Assembly: GCA_049999805.1 (NCBI GenBank)
Contig: JBNGIO010006150.1
Location: forward strand, 103,661 to 167,660
DNA from: Folioceros fuciformis
Lineage: Eukaryota
Direction: 5' to 3'
DNA length: 64,000 bases
This document shows, piece after piece, positions 47,273 through 60,530 of this stretch. Under the pieces are notes generated by a model that saw only the letters and a list, made by a program, of their open reading frames with translations, ran no database searches and was not told the DNA's origin. The position numbers and the translations under genes are program-made. The first letter of the stretch is position 1. Every line of letters starts with the position of its first letter.

Positions 47273-49150
47273 CTAAAATCAAAAAAATACAAAATCCGCC
47301 TGGCAGTGCAGCGGCCCCGAGCCTTGGCGAGCAAGAAGAATTGCGGTCGCTCCGGAATCAAACCTTGTGCACAAGCTTGTGAGATTCTGCCTTGTGTTCA
47401 GATGGAATTCATGAAAATGCCAGGCCCGGCTGTGGGAGCCTGCCAATGCGCCGCTGATCAATCCTGAAGCAAGTCGCACATTTGGGTGCGTCAAGGATGG
47501 ACGAGAGCTCGCAAGCGCAAGCGCAATCGCAAGCGGAAGCGCAATCGCAATCCGCAATCGCGGCGCGCGAGCGCGTCGCGAGAGGAGACGGCGGGGCGGC
47601 CGTCGAGGTGGCGACGCCGGAGCGTGAAAATGACAGAGGCGAGGAGGCTGGAGGGCCGCGCACGCACGCACGCTCAGAGACGGGGGCCGCGGGTACGACG
47701 AGAGGAGGGGCACACAAACTTCACAGTGGACTGGTGGGCAGTGGCAGTGGATGGATGGAATCCGTCAGCTTGCAAGACTCACCAGTGGGATGTGAGGAAT
47801 AAAGGCGGGAAGGAGAGGGCGGGCGAAATGGGCCGCGGCGAAACTCGGGCGGGGGGTGAAAGTACGGCAGGCCATCAGGTCATGATGGCGCAGCATGGGC
47901 GGGCGGCCACGTGGCGCATGCTGCACTTGTGGTGCAGATCGCATTCGGTTACGGATCTGCTGACTGTTCGAATTTTTTGAGGCCCATTACCCATTTTGAA
48001 CATTTGTTTCGAATTTTGCTGCCATTTAGGTGTATTTTTCCGTTGCGATTTTCCGCCGACCGTAATCATCCGCTCGATCTCCATCATGCATGAAAGAGGC
48101 CAGGCAGCCTGCTCATTGCCCGGGCCCGCGGGGGCTCGGGGGGCTCAGGCCAGCCCAGCCCAGGGGGTCGTCCGTCCCCGGAAGTTTAATCAATTCTCCA
48201 CCATTTTGTACCCTGCACAATCACAATTAGCGGCCTCCTCCTCCGCCTCCGCCAAAAAAAAACTCGCATCATGTTTCATTAACGGGAAACAAAATCTACT
48301 GGCCCTTTCGTCTACTCCAGTTCTCACTCACCGCTCATGAATTCAGATGCCAAGCATTTGCACCACATAGAGTGCCACAGATTCAGCGAATCAATTCAGC
48401 TCTCATTTCCAAGCCATGGACAGGGATCGACTCACTCCATGTACCTATCTCATCACCAATTGGGAACCTAACCAACCAGCTGGTACCCCACTCACCAACT
48501 AGCTACAACGTAAGGAAGTAAGCAAGCAATTCCACTAATTAGTAGCCTCACACCACCCTCCCCTCACCAATGAAACTACTTGTAGCCCACCACCGGAAAA
48601 CTGTGATGTCGGACATCACCACACTGCTGTCACTCCTGTCACTAGCAGCTGCTAACCCATCAGATGTGGACAGTCAGGACTGTGTCACAAAACATTTGCT
48701 AACTACACACAGCAAGTTTGGACCTAACCTAGACAGAAACAGAAAAACAGGCATGTTCAAAACGAAGGAGACCCGGAAATAATCAATTTGTCCATCAATG
48801 CATGACAAGGGGCCCGCATGCAGCCCATGTATACATGTACAGCCCATCTATCTCATGAATGATGCTCCGGCCAGAGGCTGTCGCTGTCAATCATAGCTGC
48901 TGCAAACTACCTCACTTCTGTGCAAGCGAAAAATGTTCACGACGATTCTATTGGATCTCGGTACACGGACAGTCCTGGAAATCCACCCAAGGCCCAAGCA
49001 AGGGTGACAAACTCTAACTCTGGACAAAGATCAATGAATCTTTGGAAACACAGGAAATTCCAGGGCAAAGAGGGAGAACGCACAAGGCACAGCTGCTGCT
49101 AAAACATGCAAAGAATTGTACAGAATACCAGTAACTCGGTCAGACCACCG

Positions 49151-52057
49151 TCAGAGCATGGCATGAAACAGGTCGACTCCACATCTATGACACAGGAAAC
49201 GGAGAGGGATGGGATCCGCGTCCGAGATGCCCCCGCATCTCGTGTGCTGCCACACTTCGCACATATCGCAAGCAATCATCCGCTCTCCGTCGTCGTCCTT
49301 TGTGCCACAAGGGCAGTCCACAATCCAACTCTCGTTGCCTCCTTCATAACGCCACTCGCTCCCCACCTCGATGCCACTACCCAGGAGAACTACATGGCAT
49401 CCCGATTCGATGGCGCCAAAGAGTAAATCTTCGTCGTCTCCTTCTAGATCTGGAATAGATTCCACTACGAAGCTCCGCATTATCTCGTACGTCTCCCGGA
49501 AAGCTCGTTGAGCCTCCTGCTTCAAATCACCCACGGTGGCATGTGGCGGTAACACAACCACCTCCGCCGGGGGGCTGGGACGATTTCGCTTTGGGTCCTT
49601 GTCTTTCAGGGCCACGGTGCACATGACCCTTAGCATTTCGTCGTCGTCCATGCCCCACTCATTGTTAGAACATTTCCGTGTGAGCTCACCTCTGTAGTCC
49701 TTGATGAACTGCTTCGTGTCCAGAATTATCCTTGACGCTGTGGGGATTGCCGTAAACACACTCTTCACGCCCCGCCTGGCTGGCTTGTAGCTTTCCAACA
49801 CTTGTTTGTATAAATACACTATGTCACGAAGCACCTCTGCGCGGCCAACCTCACATCCTGCAGCCTCAGGTGTAGTACTGTTTCGTAACTCTCGTCCAGC
49901 TCCCGAGCTTGGAGTCGCGGTGGCAACGTTGACATCTTCCAGGCTATATTCCAATACTTTTGTGATGGGATTTACAGCTCGGCGCACCACATGTGACCCC
50001 ACAACCCTGTTACCCAAAGACTTGAGAACAAAGTCGAGCAATCCCGTATCCCCGATGTAGACCCGGGCTGCATCTCTCACATCCTGCCGGGGCATCCATT
50101 TCTTGTCACAGCTTTTCAGGGCTTCCACAATCACCTGCGTCGCTAGCTCCAACCTCTTGGTAGACCAACGGCAGGGCATATCTGGAGCTGGAGGTAGAGG
50201 ACTGTTGGTACCGGTGGAGCTGCTCTTCTTTTCTGCGTAATCCTTGGATGCAGGCTTGCCGTAAGCCTTTGCTGAAACTGCCGGTTGCAGGGGCAGGCGG
50301 GCTTTCAGCTCGGTCATGAACCGGATGAGATCCCCGACTGTTTGAAGCAAATTACCACTCATCCGCTGATACATGGATACAACAGCAATCACATCTTGAT
50401 CCACACCATCAAAGTGCTGGATCAACACGCTTAGAGGCATTCCTCGAATAGCTTCTATTGCTTTCAAGTACATCTGCGCAGTTATCCCAAAACTTCCATG
50501 CCCGAACTTGTATCCCCACCTCCCATACCAGGATTCTCCATACGCCACCGAATGTATCAAACGAAGCTCAAGTGACCTTTTTTTGGCCACATCTTCAACG
50601 CTCACCTTCCTGTGCACAATGGGCGAATAAACATTGTCAGGCCTCGTGCTACCATATAACAAATTAAGGCAAAAAGTTCTCAACTGGCCCGTCGGAGCAT
50701 TGAAACGTCACGAAAAGGGAATTCAGGCTCTACCCATGTAGAGTCAAGCAACATCACTTTGCCGACTTTCAAGACACACCTTCTCTTCCACTCTTCCACA
50801 CATTCATTCATTACAAGGATGAAGACATGCTCTGACCACTACATTGGCTTCAGAACGAGAGGAAACGCTTGAGTACCTAGCTCTCAGCATGGCACAGACT
50901 CGGTCCCATAAATCCATTATCTCTCTCCCCGAAGCAAATTTCGATCCCTTCTCCCGGCCATTTATCCGCAGGAGGTGGCCAAAGCCGTTGCAGTGCAGTA
51001 CGCCGTGAAGCAAATGACTCTGTAAATCTACAATACTCCCAATCACCGCATCCTCACCACAGGTTGGGCATGTGGACATATTTGCTGGGATCGGATCGCT
51101 GCAGCCTGGGCATACCTTTCCCCCGACCAACCCGACCAGCCCCATCGGCCTCTCCTCGATCTCAGGCGCGGGAATTATGAAGTGGTACCGCAGGTTTGAC
51201 ACCGGATGATGGCTCCACCCTGCACAAGTAGAGAGCGACGTCACACAATTAGATCCAATCTCCCCCCAGGATTTCCAGTTAAGAATTCCGCCAGTGAACC
51301 TCCTACATTGATCCTACGACCCCTTGTTCATGAGCGAATTAACAAGAAGCACGTCTTAGCCAGCAACATTAGTAGTCTGTTCGCCTCAACGCGGAAACGA
51401 CCCCCGGCCTGGTCGTCAGTCAAAAGTCCATAACCAAGTCCAAACCTACAACAAAGAGTTCGCTGTCGATGCGACGGGCCCTGTCCCCAAGTTTGGCGCA
51501 TCGCTCTGACGACTGCGCTCCAGCTCTAGTTGCCATCTGGTCAGTTCGGTGCCGCCTTGAAGCGCAAACTGGCAGTCTCATCTCTCAAACTGTTCAAATG
51601 CGATATCGGTTCTAACACTGCGACTCCTACCCTGACATCTACGACGGCAGATTCGGAAGGCTGCACGCCTCCTAAACAGAAGTCTTCAATTGCATGCAGA
51701 ACGAAGAGCACGCCTCAATACAAACTACAAGAGCACGGGACGACATAGTAACATGCGCTTACCAATACAACGGCAGTGGTCGCAGTGCGGACGTAGAGAA
51801 TCTCGCAATGCGCCTTCCTCAATAATTAGCAAGGAAATTCTGGAGCCGCTGGAATCCTCTGAAAGGCCTACTGACCACGCTGGCATGCCTTCGATGTTGT
51901 AGAGCTCCGGCTCTGCGCATTCCTCCAGAAATCTCCGAATGTTGTCCCTGAAGGGACCATAGTAATCGGCCGGACATCCTGGATCTCCAAAGGTGTGAAA
52001 GCCAAACAACCTGTCTCCCCTCCTCCGCTTTCTGGTGCGATCAGCTGTCAAATACAT
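49151..52057 (-). CDS. MS1/MMD1(DUET)-family PHD-finger protein, copy 2 (3 exons: about 52057-51761, 51220-50877, 50609-49151)
   Basis: Same motifs and intron positions as copy 1. ATG at 52057 (MYLTADRTRKRRRGDRLFGFHTFG). Confidence 0.95.
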
Positions 52058-54747
52058 GCTGTTGCTTCAACGCATGAAGTGCTGCACAGCTCCAGACCTC
52101 AGCAATCGCCTGCCCCAAGGTTCGGACCCCTGTGCTGGCAAGGACGTGGTTGATTGAGGTGAAATTGCTTTGAACAAGTTCCACTGGAGGTTCAGAGGAT
52201 CAGGGAGCTCAACATTGTTCTTCCACTGAGCTGAATAGCCTTTTCTTGAAACCAAGAACCTGGAGTCATCACAGGTCCCCACGGACAGAAGAGAGGTAGC
52301 ACAGATCGGGACCGCTCAAGGCCATTTGTCTTCACAGCGGCGCACATGAGCATCAAGATGATGTGCCGACGAGTACCTGGTGCAGGATGGACATAGCGGC
52401 AATGTGAAGGGGTTCCAGTTCGTAAGTTTGCGATTGCAGGCAACCACTTTGGCTGTTCTCAATGCACTCCACCTCTCTGACGTTCATTTTGCATCCTCCC
52501 AGGACTTGTTCCGGGGGGAATTCCCGCACACAACCGCGAGCTGCCAGCGTGAATGCGACTTGTTCACAGCTCCACGAGCCTCCTTGAAAACGCGGCCTTC
52601 TCAAGATCTAATTGGCTGCGATTCCCGCAATCCTCCATGACCAGGCAAAGCTCAAGCGTGGAAGTCACTGGAAAACGCCGGAAAGAATGAAAACCACCTC
52701 CTGACCTCTCCCAGCTCCCGACAAGGGCCCTCTTCGCTGGAGGAGCTGGCGGCCGCGGAGCGGTTGGTGTGCAGTGCTCGCGGGGAGACAAGGATTTGCA
52801 AGGACATTCGGTGAGCCTCGTAGGAATCCTGTGGGAGAAAGAAGCTGAGGCAACAGGCAGGTGGGGGAGAACGCAAGGGCCCCCCGGGAGGCCGCAAGAT
52901 CTGAGCGCGAAAATGACACCAGCACCCAAGACCGCACCCGCACGCACGCACAGCGACGGGAGGAGGGAAGTATGGAGCTCGAGCTCGGAGGGGCAGACAC
53001 TTTGAAGTCTTGCAGATCACGGCAGTAGATCGTCGGTGAGCTTGCAAGACGGACGACGACGGAAGAAGCGCATCGTCGCTTGCTGCTGCTGCTCGCCAAA
53101 CAGAAAGAGGGGCGAGGAGAGAGAGAGGGAGAGAGAGAAGCGGGAAGCGGGGAACAGGGGGAAAGGAAGGGTGCGGGTGGCGAAACTGGCGAAACTGTGC
53201 CCCCGTCCACACAGCAGATTGAACTGTGACAAGAAAATGGATGCAGTTGGGTACCGATTCGTGGGAGAGGGAGAAATGGTGATTGCATGTAGGTGTGTAC
53301 GCAGACCGTTTCTGTCAAGCAACTGGAACAGGTGGTACATCTCAACGGTGACAGGTATTAGCACATTTGACCAGATGTGACTCTGACCTAACCGGACTTC
53401 ACATTATGATCGATTAGGTGGGATGGTTCCTTCCGAAGTGACCAAGAAGGGATGGCCGGAAACATGGGAAAACACCCTCCTCCGTTTCTGCTGCACCTGG
53501 TACCAACAGGAGGACCAGTATCACTTCTCGGTACATGTCTCGTCTCCTGCTGCAGCTAGTCTGTATCACATTTTTTCGTTTCAGCCTGCACATCACATGG
53601 TCCGCCCAGTTCACTACATGTATGGAATACTCTCTTGTTCGTTGTCCCTCACTCAATCAATCAATTTGTTGCCCTGATTATTTACAAAGAACAAGGTGGC
53701 AATGCATACCTACTTGCTGGAGAATGCTTACCATTGCAGGAGACTACTTGGGCACCTCCTTCATTTCACAGCACAAGTCATGTCTGTGTATGTGCTTACC
53801 ATTGCAGCAGACTGCTCTGAGGACGATCTCCATCTTTCATGGTACTTGCCATGTCTTTCTGCGGTCCTTGAATGTGCCTCTGCTGACTCCACTGGACTTT
53901 TGTAGGTTTCCAGTCCAAGGATGCTGCTCAGAGTGAGTGATGAGGTTTACCTTGCTTTGCCTTGTATTACTGGGACATTCCACCACAAGCATGTCTCGGA
54001 GAATTAGCATAGATTTGCTCATGTTCACCTGGCTGCAAGGGACGTAAGTTGCAGACGTTCTGGTCCTCGAGGTTGGGATTAACCGACTCTGGATTTCCAT
54101 GGTGGTGACGTGTTGGGCGGTCTCATGCCGTGGTAGGGACGACCCTCCTTGTTGCAGGGTCGTCTGCTGTGAGTGGGCTACATCTTGGAAAACGAGCGAG
54201 TGAGTGTGAGGAAGAAGCTGCTGCCGAATCGTGGGACCATGCAGCGTCGCTCGTTGATGGCCTGTTTAAGGATTTGTAGCAGAGTAGGATGTCCTTGAGC
54301 TCCAGCTCCCAGAGAAGGACGAGAATGAGAAGATGAATTCTCTAGACCAAGACGCCTGCCTTTCATGTTGAGGCCCTGGTGTCTGCCATGCACATGTAGC
54401 TCGATGAGACACAAAAGCATCCATGACGATGCACTGTTTCTGATGCCGGAAAGCAAACTCGATAATTCATGAAACCTACCTACAGCGTGCGTGTCGATCC
54501 TACTTGCCTGGATGCCGGTTCCTTATTCTCGCAAATGCTTTCTCTGCGTCCGGTTTTACAAGCCAAATGCGGTCCGTAACAGGAGAGCTGGAGCTAATTC
54601 CATTCCTGCCAACATCGGCAGATCCGCTGGCGTGCGAAAGATGCTACGAGAAGGGAAGACGGTGTCCCCGAGGATGGGCAGTTTGGGGTGGAGGTGGATC
54701 AGCGCAGCGAGGCCCTGACCTGGCGAACTGGGACAGCCAAGGGGTGC

Positions 54748-56718
54748 ATGGCGCTACGACTGCAGCGCCCGCCAGACAGTTTGGTGTTTCACGACCCAGG
54801 CAGCGTGGTGATCAACCGACAACGTGCACGGGTGGATGCTTTCAAGCCACACTCTGCGCTGTCCACGCTAGAGAGACTAGGGCACACCTGCAAGGTTCCA
54901 GCTTCTGCTGGAGGAACTGCAAAGTTGCTTGAAAGGGACGTGCATGTGGAAAGGCAGGAGACCTTGGACCTCTTGGTGCAGCAAGGAGGTGGTGATGTTC
55001 ACACGGGTGTGCTGTACCGGGTGCTCAAGAGGTGCATGGCACACAAGGATCTAGCTCTTGGTAGGCTTGTGCATGCTCTTGCAGTCAGGAGTGGGTACGA
55101 GTCGGATGCGTTCCTTGCTAATCACGTCATCGGCATGTATGCCTCTCACAATCTGCTGGAGGAGGCAAGGCAGGTCTTCTTCAAGGTGGCTGAGCCTAAT
55201 GCGCACATGTGGTGTTCCATCATTCTGGCCCATGTTCGGCAGGGACAGGCCGGTGAGGCCATCCATCTGTACAGGCTTATGAGGAAGACGGACGTGAAGG
55301 CAGACAATCATGTGTATGTTGCAGTTCTGACCGCGTGTGCCAGTGCAGAGGATCTGGTTTCGGGCAAGGAGGTGCATGCTGACATTCTGGCCAGTGCCGT
55401 AAGGACGGACATCTTTGTTGGCAGCAGCTTGGTGAACATGTATGCGAAATGCGGAAGCTTGGGGGATGCCCGCAGCGTATTTGATTCACTGCCGACGAGG
55501 ACAGTGGTTATATGGAATGCCATGTTGGCTGGCTATACGCAGCAGGGGTTGGGTCAGGAATCCTTGGCTCTGTATGCACGCATGCAAGAGGAGGGCATGG
55601 CTCCAGCTGATCATGTCACGTTTGTGTGCCTCCTGAACGCGTGCGCCAGCGTGGGAGCACTGGGCAACGGGAAGCAGCTCCATGCTCAGGTGCGTGAACG
55701 AGGGTTGGAAGCTCATGTTTCTGTGGGCAGCAGCCTGGTGGACATGTATGCAAAATGCGGGAGCTTGGAGGATGCTCGTGCAGTGTTCGACAGGCTGCCT
55801 GTCAGAACAGTGGTGACATGGAATGCTCTGCTCAATGGGTATGCCGGGCACAGCTGTGCTGCCATGGCCATGGAGTGCTTCGAAGAAATGCGTGGGCAAG
55901 GGGTCCAGCCAGACGGCATAACCTTCATCCATCTCCTCGTGGCGTGCAGTCATGCAGGCTTGGTGGCAGAGGGCCAACGGTATTTCAGGATGATGGTGGA
56001 GGAGCATGGCATTGTGCCCACAGACTACCACTGCACTTGCATGGTAGATTTTCTTGGGCGGTCAGGATTCCTGGACGAGGCTGAATCCATCCTTCACACC
56101 ATCCCACATGACATGGTAGGTTGGACATCTCTTCTGAGTGCCTGCAAAACCCAGGGTGATGCAGGCCGTGCACGTCGATGTTTCGACCATATTGTGGCAT
56201 TGGAGCCCGAAAAGGCCAGTGCCTACGTCCTCCTGGGCACCATGTATGCAAATGCTGGCAGGCAACTCGATGTGGTGGAGGTGGAAAGCCTGAGGAGGTC
56301 GGCGGGTGCTTGGAAGAAACCTGCAAAGGCATGCATCGAAGTGCAGAACAAGGTGCACGAGTTCAGGGTTGGAGAAGACAGATCCGACTTATCCTCCAAA
56401 CTCAGGAGCGTGGCTACAAGGTTGAAGGAGGAAGGAGGCCATGTCCCTCAAACGGAGCTGGTGCTAAAATCCGTGACTGAGCAGGAGAAGGAGGATGCCT
56501 TGTGTGGACATGCAGAGAAACTTGCCTTGGCTTATGGCCTTCTCAACACCCCACATGGCACAACTTTGCTTGTTACCAAAAATCTTCGAATGTGCGGTGA
56601 CTGCCACAGTAGCACCAAGATCATGTCCCGCCTTGAAAGGAGAGAGATCATTGTCAGAGATGCACACCGGGTGCATCATTTCCTCGACGGATTTTGTTCA
56701 TGTGGTGATCGTCACTGA
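54748..56718 (+). CDS. PLS-class PPR protein with DYW:KP deaminase domain ending DRH; putative organellar U-to-C RNA editing factor
   Basis: Intronless ORF (first in-frame ATG at 54748) with PLS triplets, WKKPAKACIEV, LCGHAEKLALAYG, KNLRMCGDCH and HHFLDGFCSCGDRH. Confidence 0.96.
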   Translation: MALRLQRPPDSLVFHDPGSVVINRQRARVDAFKPHSALSTLERLGHTCKVPASAGGTAKLLERDVHVERQETLDLLVQQGGGDVHTGVLYRVLKRCMAHKDLALGRLVHALAVRSGYESDAFLANHVIGMYASHNLLEEARQVFFKVAEPNAHMWCSIILAHVRQGQAGEAIHLYRLMRKTDVKADNHVYVAVLTACASAEDLVSGKEVHADILASAVRTDIFVGSSLVNMYAKCGSLGDARSVFDSLPTRTVVIWNAMLAGYTQQGLGQESLALYARMQEEGMAPADHVTFVCLLNACASVGALGNGKQLHAQVRERGLEAHVSVGSSLVDMYAKCGSLEDARAVFDRLPVRTVVTWNALLNGYAGHSCAAMAMECFEEMRGQGVQPDGITFIHLLVACSHAGLVAEGQRYFRMMVEEHGIVPTDYHCTCMVDFLGRSGFLDEAESILHTIPHDMVGWTSLLSACKTQGDAGRARRCFDHIVALEPEKASAYVLLGTMYANAGRQLDVVEVESLRRSAGAWKKPAKACIEVQNKVHEFRVGEDRSDLSSKLRSVATRLKEEGGHVPQTELVLKSVTEQEKEDALCGHAEKLALAYGLLNTPHGTTLLVTKNLRMCGDCHSSTKIMSRLERREIIVRDAHRVHHFLDGFCSCGDRH

Positions 56719-57311
56719 CCCTCAATTTTCCTTCACCTCCTCCATCGCTGAGCCCTCATTCCCCCTCCCAGCTACCTGTCTCAGGTGGACCCATTTTTTC
56801 CCCGGCTAAGTGCTGTCAATCCTCCGGGGGTATCATACGCTGCTTAACAAAACGGCTTTCAACACACTGTACCTATTCGAGAAGGATAACAGTCATTTTA
56901 TTAACACGACGAGGAATAAAATCAATTCTGTTTCAAATGAATTTCTGGATTCGAGTAAATGCGATTAGGGAAATTTGCATGCAACACTTCTAGACACCCA
57001 ACCCAAAGTTCACTGAGCTTGCACTTCGACCTTCTGGACCCTTACTCTCTCTTCGCGTTCGCGTATTCGAAGAGCGGCTTCACACCGCGGAGCAGGCGGT
57101 TTTGCTGTGCAGATAGTTTATTCACACCGTCGACATGCCTGGAGTAGTGGAGTTAAATAATGCGTCTGTTAGTCCTGGTTAATTTTACGAGTCGAGAACG
57201 GTAGGCAGCGATCCCGGCTGGATACACAGGCGCTCGGTCCGTCATCGTTTTTTTGAATGGGACCGTGTTGAGCAGAGGTGGAGTGCGCCCTTGCTTTACA
57301 GCCAGAGCACG

Positions 57312-60300
57312 ATGGAAGGAGGAAGTCCTGGCAACGAAGATCTCTGGCAAGAGCTGAGGAACCATATTGCCGTGCTAGCCGTCGTTGATCAGGTAGGACT
57401 GGAAAAGACCACGAGGACGAGCTCAAAAGTGTTGATTTGTGCATGGCATCTGTCGGCTTGGTTGCAATGAGCTTGTTTGACAGAGAATTAAGATGTGAAT
57501 GAACCAGTTTCTTTATCCAGGCTTCCAAGGCCCAAGCTTTGCAGTTGCTGTCAGTGTTCTTCTCGCGTGTCACAGCAAAAATTGCCGAGTCCGTAAACGG
57601 CTCCACTCAAGGATTAGAGACGCTGATGAGCCTGTGGACGGAAGATGTTCTGCTACTCCATGACTGGCTGCGTCGGGAGCTGGGAGAGCAGACGGAGTTC
57701 CTCGACTTGGTATGTTGTGAAGAAGATGCAGCTGGAGGGGACTCACTTGAGGTTCAAGTTGTCAGTGAGCTTAGGGTTCATGGTGCGGGGCTGCGGGTGT
57801 CGAATGCGAGTCTAACAGCAGGGACGTTGCGCTGTTGCATACGTATTCTTCCTCTGATTGAGTGCTTCGACACTGGTTTGAGTGCCGACTGTGCGCTGAT
57901 ACTGAAGACGCTTCTGCAGAAGCTGTGCTCACCTGCCAGGATTCGGGAAATTTTCCAACGTGCTCTGGGGAATGGAATAGTGCATGGGAAGCACTCTCCG
58001 TATATTCGTTCCTTGCTGTATTCGGAGAATATCAGTGTTTTTGAGAGCCGGGATGGACGGGAGGATGTGTGGTGCCGACAAAGGAGCTGGCAAGAGTGTT
58101 CTTCGTTTCAGGAGGTCAAGATCAACTGTCACGCGTTTGACGTCAATGGGGATTGCGGCCAAAGCGCGGGGAATTTAGAGCTCTTGAACCGTTTGGACAA
58201 TCAGTTGGATGTCATATGTGCCATGCTTGAGGTCGGTGTCGTTTCCCACTGCTTTTTTCCCGTAGGATTACTACGCTGGCTGCGTTCCTTTCTGCTAGAG
58301 GTTGTAAATGTCCACTGAGGTCTGCTGTTTCGTCTTTCAGGTGTACATGGATGAACTACTAGTAAGTCCTTACTTATTTGAGGTCTTTCTTGAAGGCCAA
58401 GGCGATGAAGGAAGCGGTGGATATGCTTTTGGCAGCCAGATGGAAATAGTGCTTGAAGCGTCTTACCTCCATGCCCTTCTGTCATTTCTTCGGAAGAAGG
58501 TTGAACCAGGTGGCGCATCTCTGTCAAATGAAGATGACAAGCTCACTCGACTTACTTGTGTGACATTACCTGCTAGTGTTCTATTGTTGGACATGGTATC
58601 TGCGGATGGAGCTCCCAGTTTGCTTCTTACACACATTGCAAACCTTGTGACTGGATCACTACAAAGATTGCATCCGCATGGCAGTCCTGTCTCAAGGTCT
58701 GATCAGCTGAGAGACAAGCCTGTAAATATCACGGAAACCAAAACGCAGGGGTTGGTTGGTTCCAATGAGTTATTTCAGTTCATGCATGTTGCTGATCCAG
58801 TTAGGGGATCATTGTCGGGTGAAGACACTGATGGCTCATGCAAGCAGAGAAGATTTGGAGACATCTTATCTCCCCGCGTAAACTTGGGACTGTCTTTGTC
58901 AGTCCTCGAAACTGCTGTTCAGTTGTTTACTAAGGTCTTCAATTCAGCATCAGTGGCAAGTCCAACGGATTGCCGCAACACTGATATCCACCCAGGGCCC
59001 AGTAGTTTCTTTGCTGCCCGCTTGCACGAGCACATGGCTTTGGGAAGGTTCTTGAGTACCAATGTAGGTGTGGCAGTCGATCGCGTGTTTTCAAGTTCTG
59101 TTGGTATTTTTACAGACGCTAAAGAGTGTGACAGCGGATGCTGTTGGGGAGAGTGTTCTGCGTCCAGTATAGAGAAGACTTCTCAGCTGTGCAGCTTGTG
59201 TCGAGATCACTCACGGGAGAACCAACATCAAGAAGCTAATATGTGCTGCAGATTGACAGAATTGCGTGACGGTGGTAAGCAACAAGAGTATGACGCTGTG
59301 GCTAGTCAGGACTTAGGCGAAGGTGTCATGCATTCGGATGGCCAGGAAACCTTGAAAAACTCAGAGGAGTTGGCCTGTGCTGTCCTGCGTTTGATCAGCG
59401 GTGCTCTGAATCGGATATCAGCCGAGATGTGTGAGGTCAAGCAAGTCTCCGTAACAAGAAGCCAACCGGATGTGGAAGTTTTAGTGGAGATTCGCAGCAT
59501 CTCCGATTGCATCTCGTCAGTCTTTCAGCGTTGTATTCAATGTCTGAAAGTAGATGATCTAGCAGGACAAGAATGTATTGCGGGCACGTGGGAAGAAACC
59601 AAATCACTGCAGTTCAAGGAAACAATCCAGTGCACTTTGAATGTTTTTTCTAAGATCATCCAGATAGAGACTCAACGAGGGGTTGGTGGTCAATTATTGA
59701 TGGAGTACATACATGTACAGAGGTCCTTGGGAGATCTGTTACGTGGGGAAGTTGGTGAACTTAGAGAAAACCATTCTTCTCAAACTGAAGCTGCCGACAA
59801 ATTCTGCAGGGATGGCTGCTCACCCATATCAACCACAGCAGACACCGAAACTACGGGAAGCGTTCCATTGGCATCAGTGTTCCCTAGGGCATCGACTCTG
59901 AAGATTTTTATGAAACTGAAGCAAGGAGTAAATCATAGCTCTTCAAAGCCAGGACAAAGTGGCAGGTTTGCCTCTAGCATACCCCGCTTCCGCCACGGAA
60001 TTTCCTGGATCTGGATTTGTGAGCTGTCATATCTTTAACGTTGATGTTTTCGCCTTGCGCAGCACATACTCAAATAAGAAGAGAGCTCCGGAAGGCAGCA
60101 CTTTGGGTAGCGGCGAGGGGGCACCTGCCAAGCAGTTGAAAGAGTGCAAGGGGGTGGGAAATTCTTTTGTTCAGGCTTGCATTGCAATGGATAAGTTCTG
60201 CGATGGAGATACTTTTAATGATATAAACGACTTCGTAGTTTGTAAGGAGGGCCGTGACTATGTTAAATATAAGAAACAACGGCAAAAGATTATGAAACGC

Positions 60301-60387
60301 AACCGAACTCGCAACTTTATGAGACGGCAAGAAGAAAGGAGGGAGCTACTTGCACAGTTGGCCCTTATCTCTGAAATGGAACAGTAG
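57312..60387 (+). CDS. Uncharacterised plant protein (multi-exon) with C-terminal DFVVCKEGRDY motif
   Basis: ATG at 57312 and a short first exon ending CAG|GTAGG, long open exons within ORFs 57539-58318 and 58308-60038, and a terminal exon in ORF 59959-60387. The motif resembles a DFxxCKxGxDY tail recalled from plant hypothetical proteins. Confidence 0.65.
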
Positions 60388-60530
60388 TAGTTGGATGCAC
60401 AATGACGGGCTGGGAATCAGAGCAGAAATCTTCTGGGCGTAAAATTTTCTTTGCACCAAGCGGGCAGTTTGTGTATCCACTCCTGTAGGTGATCCCATGT
60501 TTTTGATGCCCATGTTCTGCTCGAACCAAG

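Noticed and set aside
47279-47980. GC-rich overlapping ORFs upstream of the PHD genes (also 52564-53380)
   Set aside because: Low-complexity, GC-rich promoter/5'-leader DNA that avoids stops by composition, with no domain signal.
53400-54480. Possible gene fragment with repeated TGCTTACCATTGCAG
   Set aside because: Only short ORFs and no identifiable homology; the evidence is insufficient.
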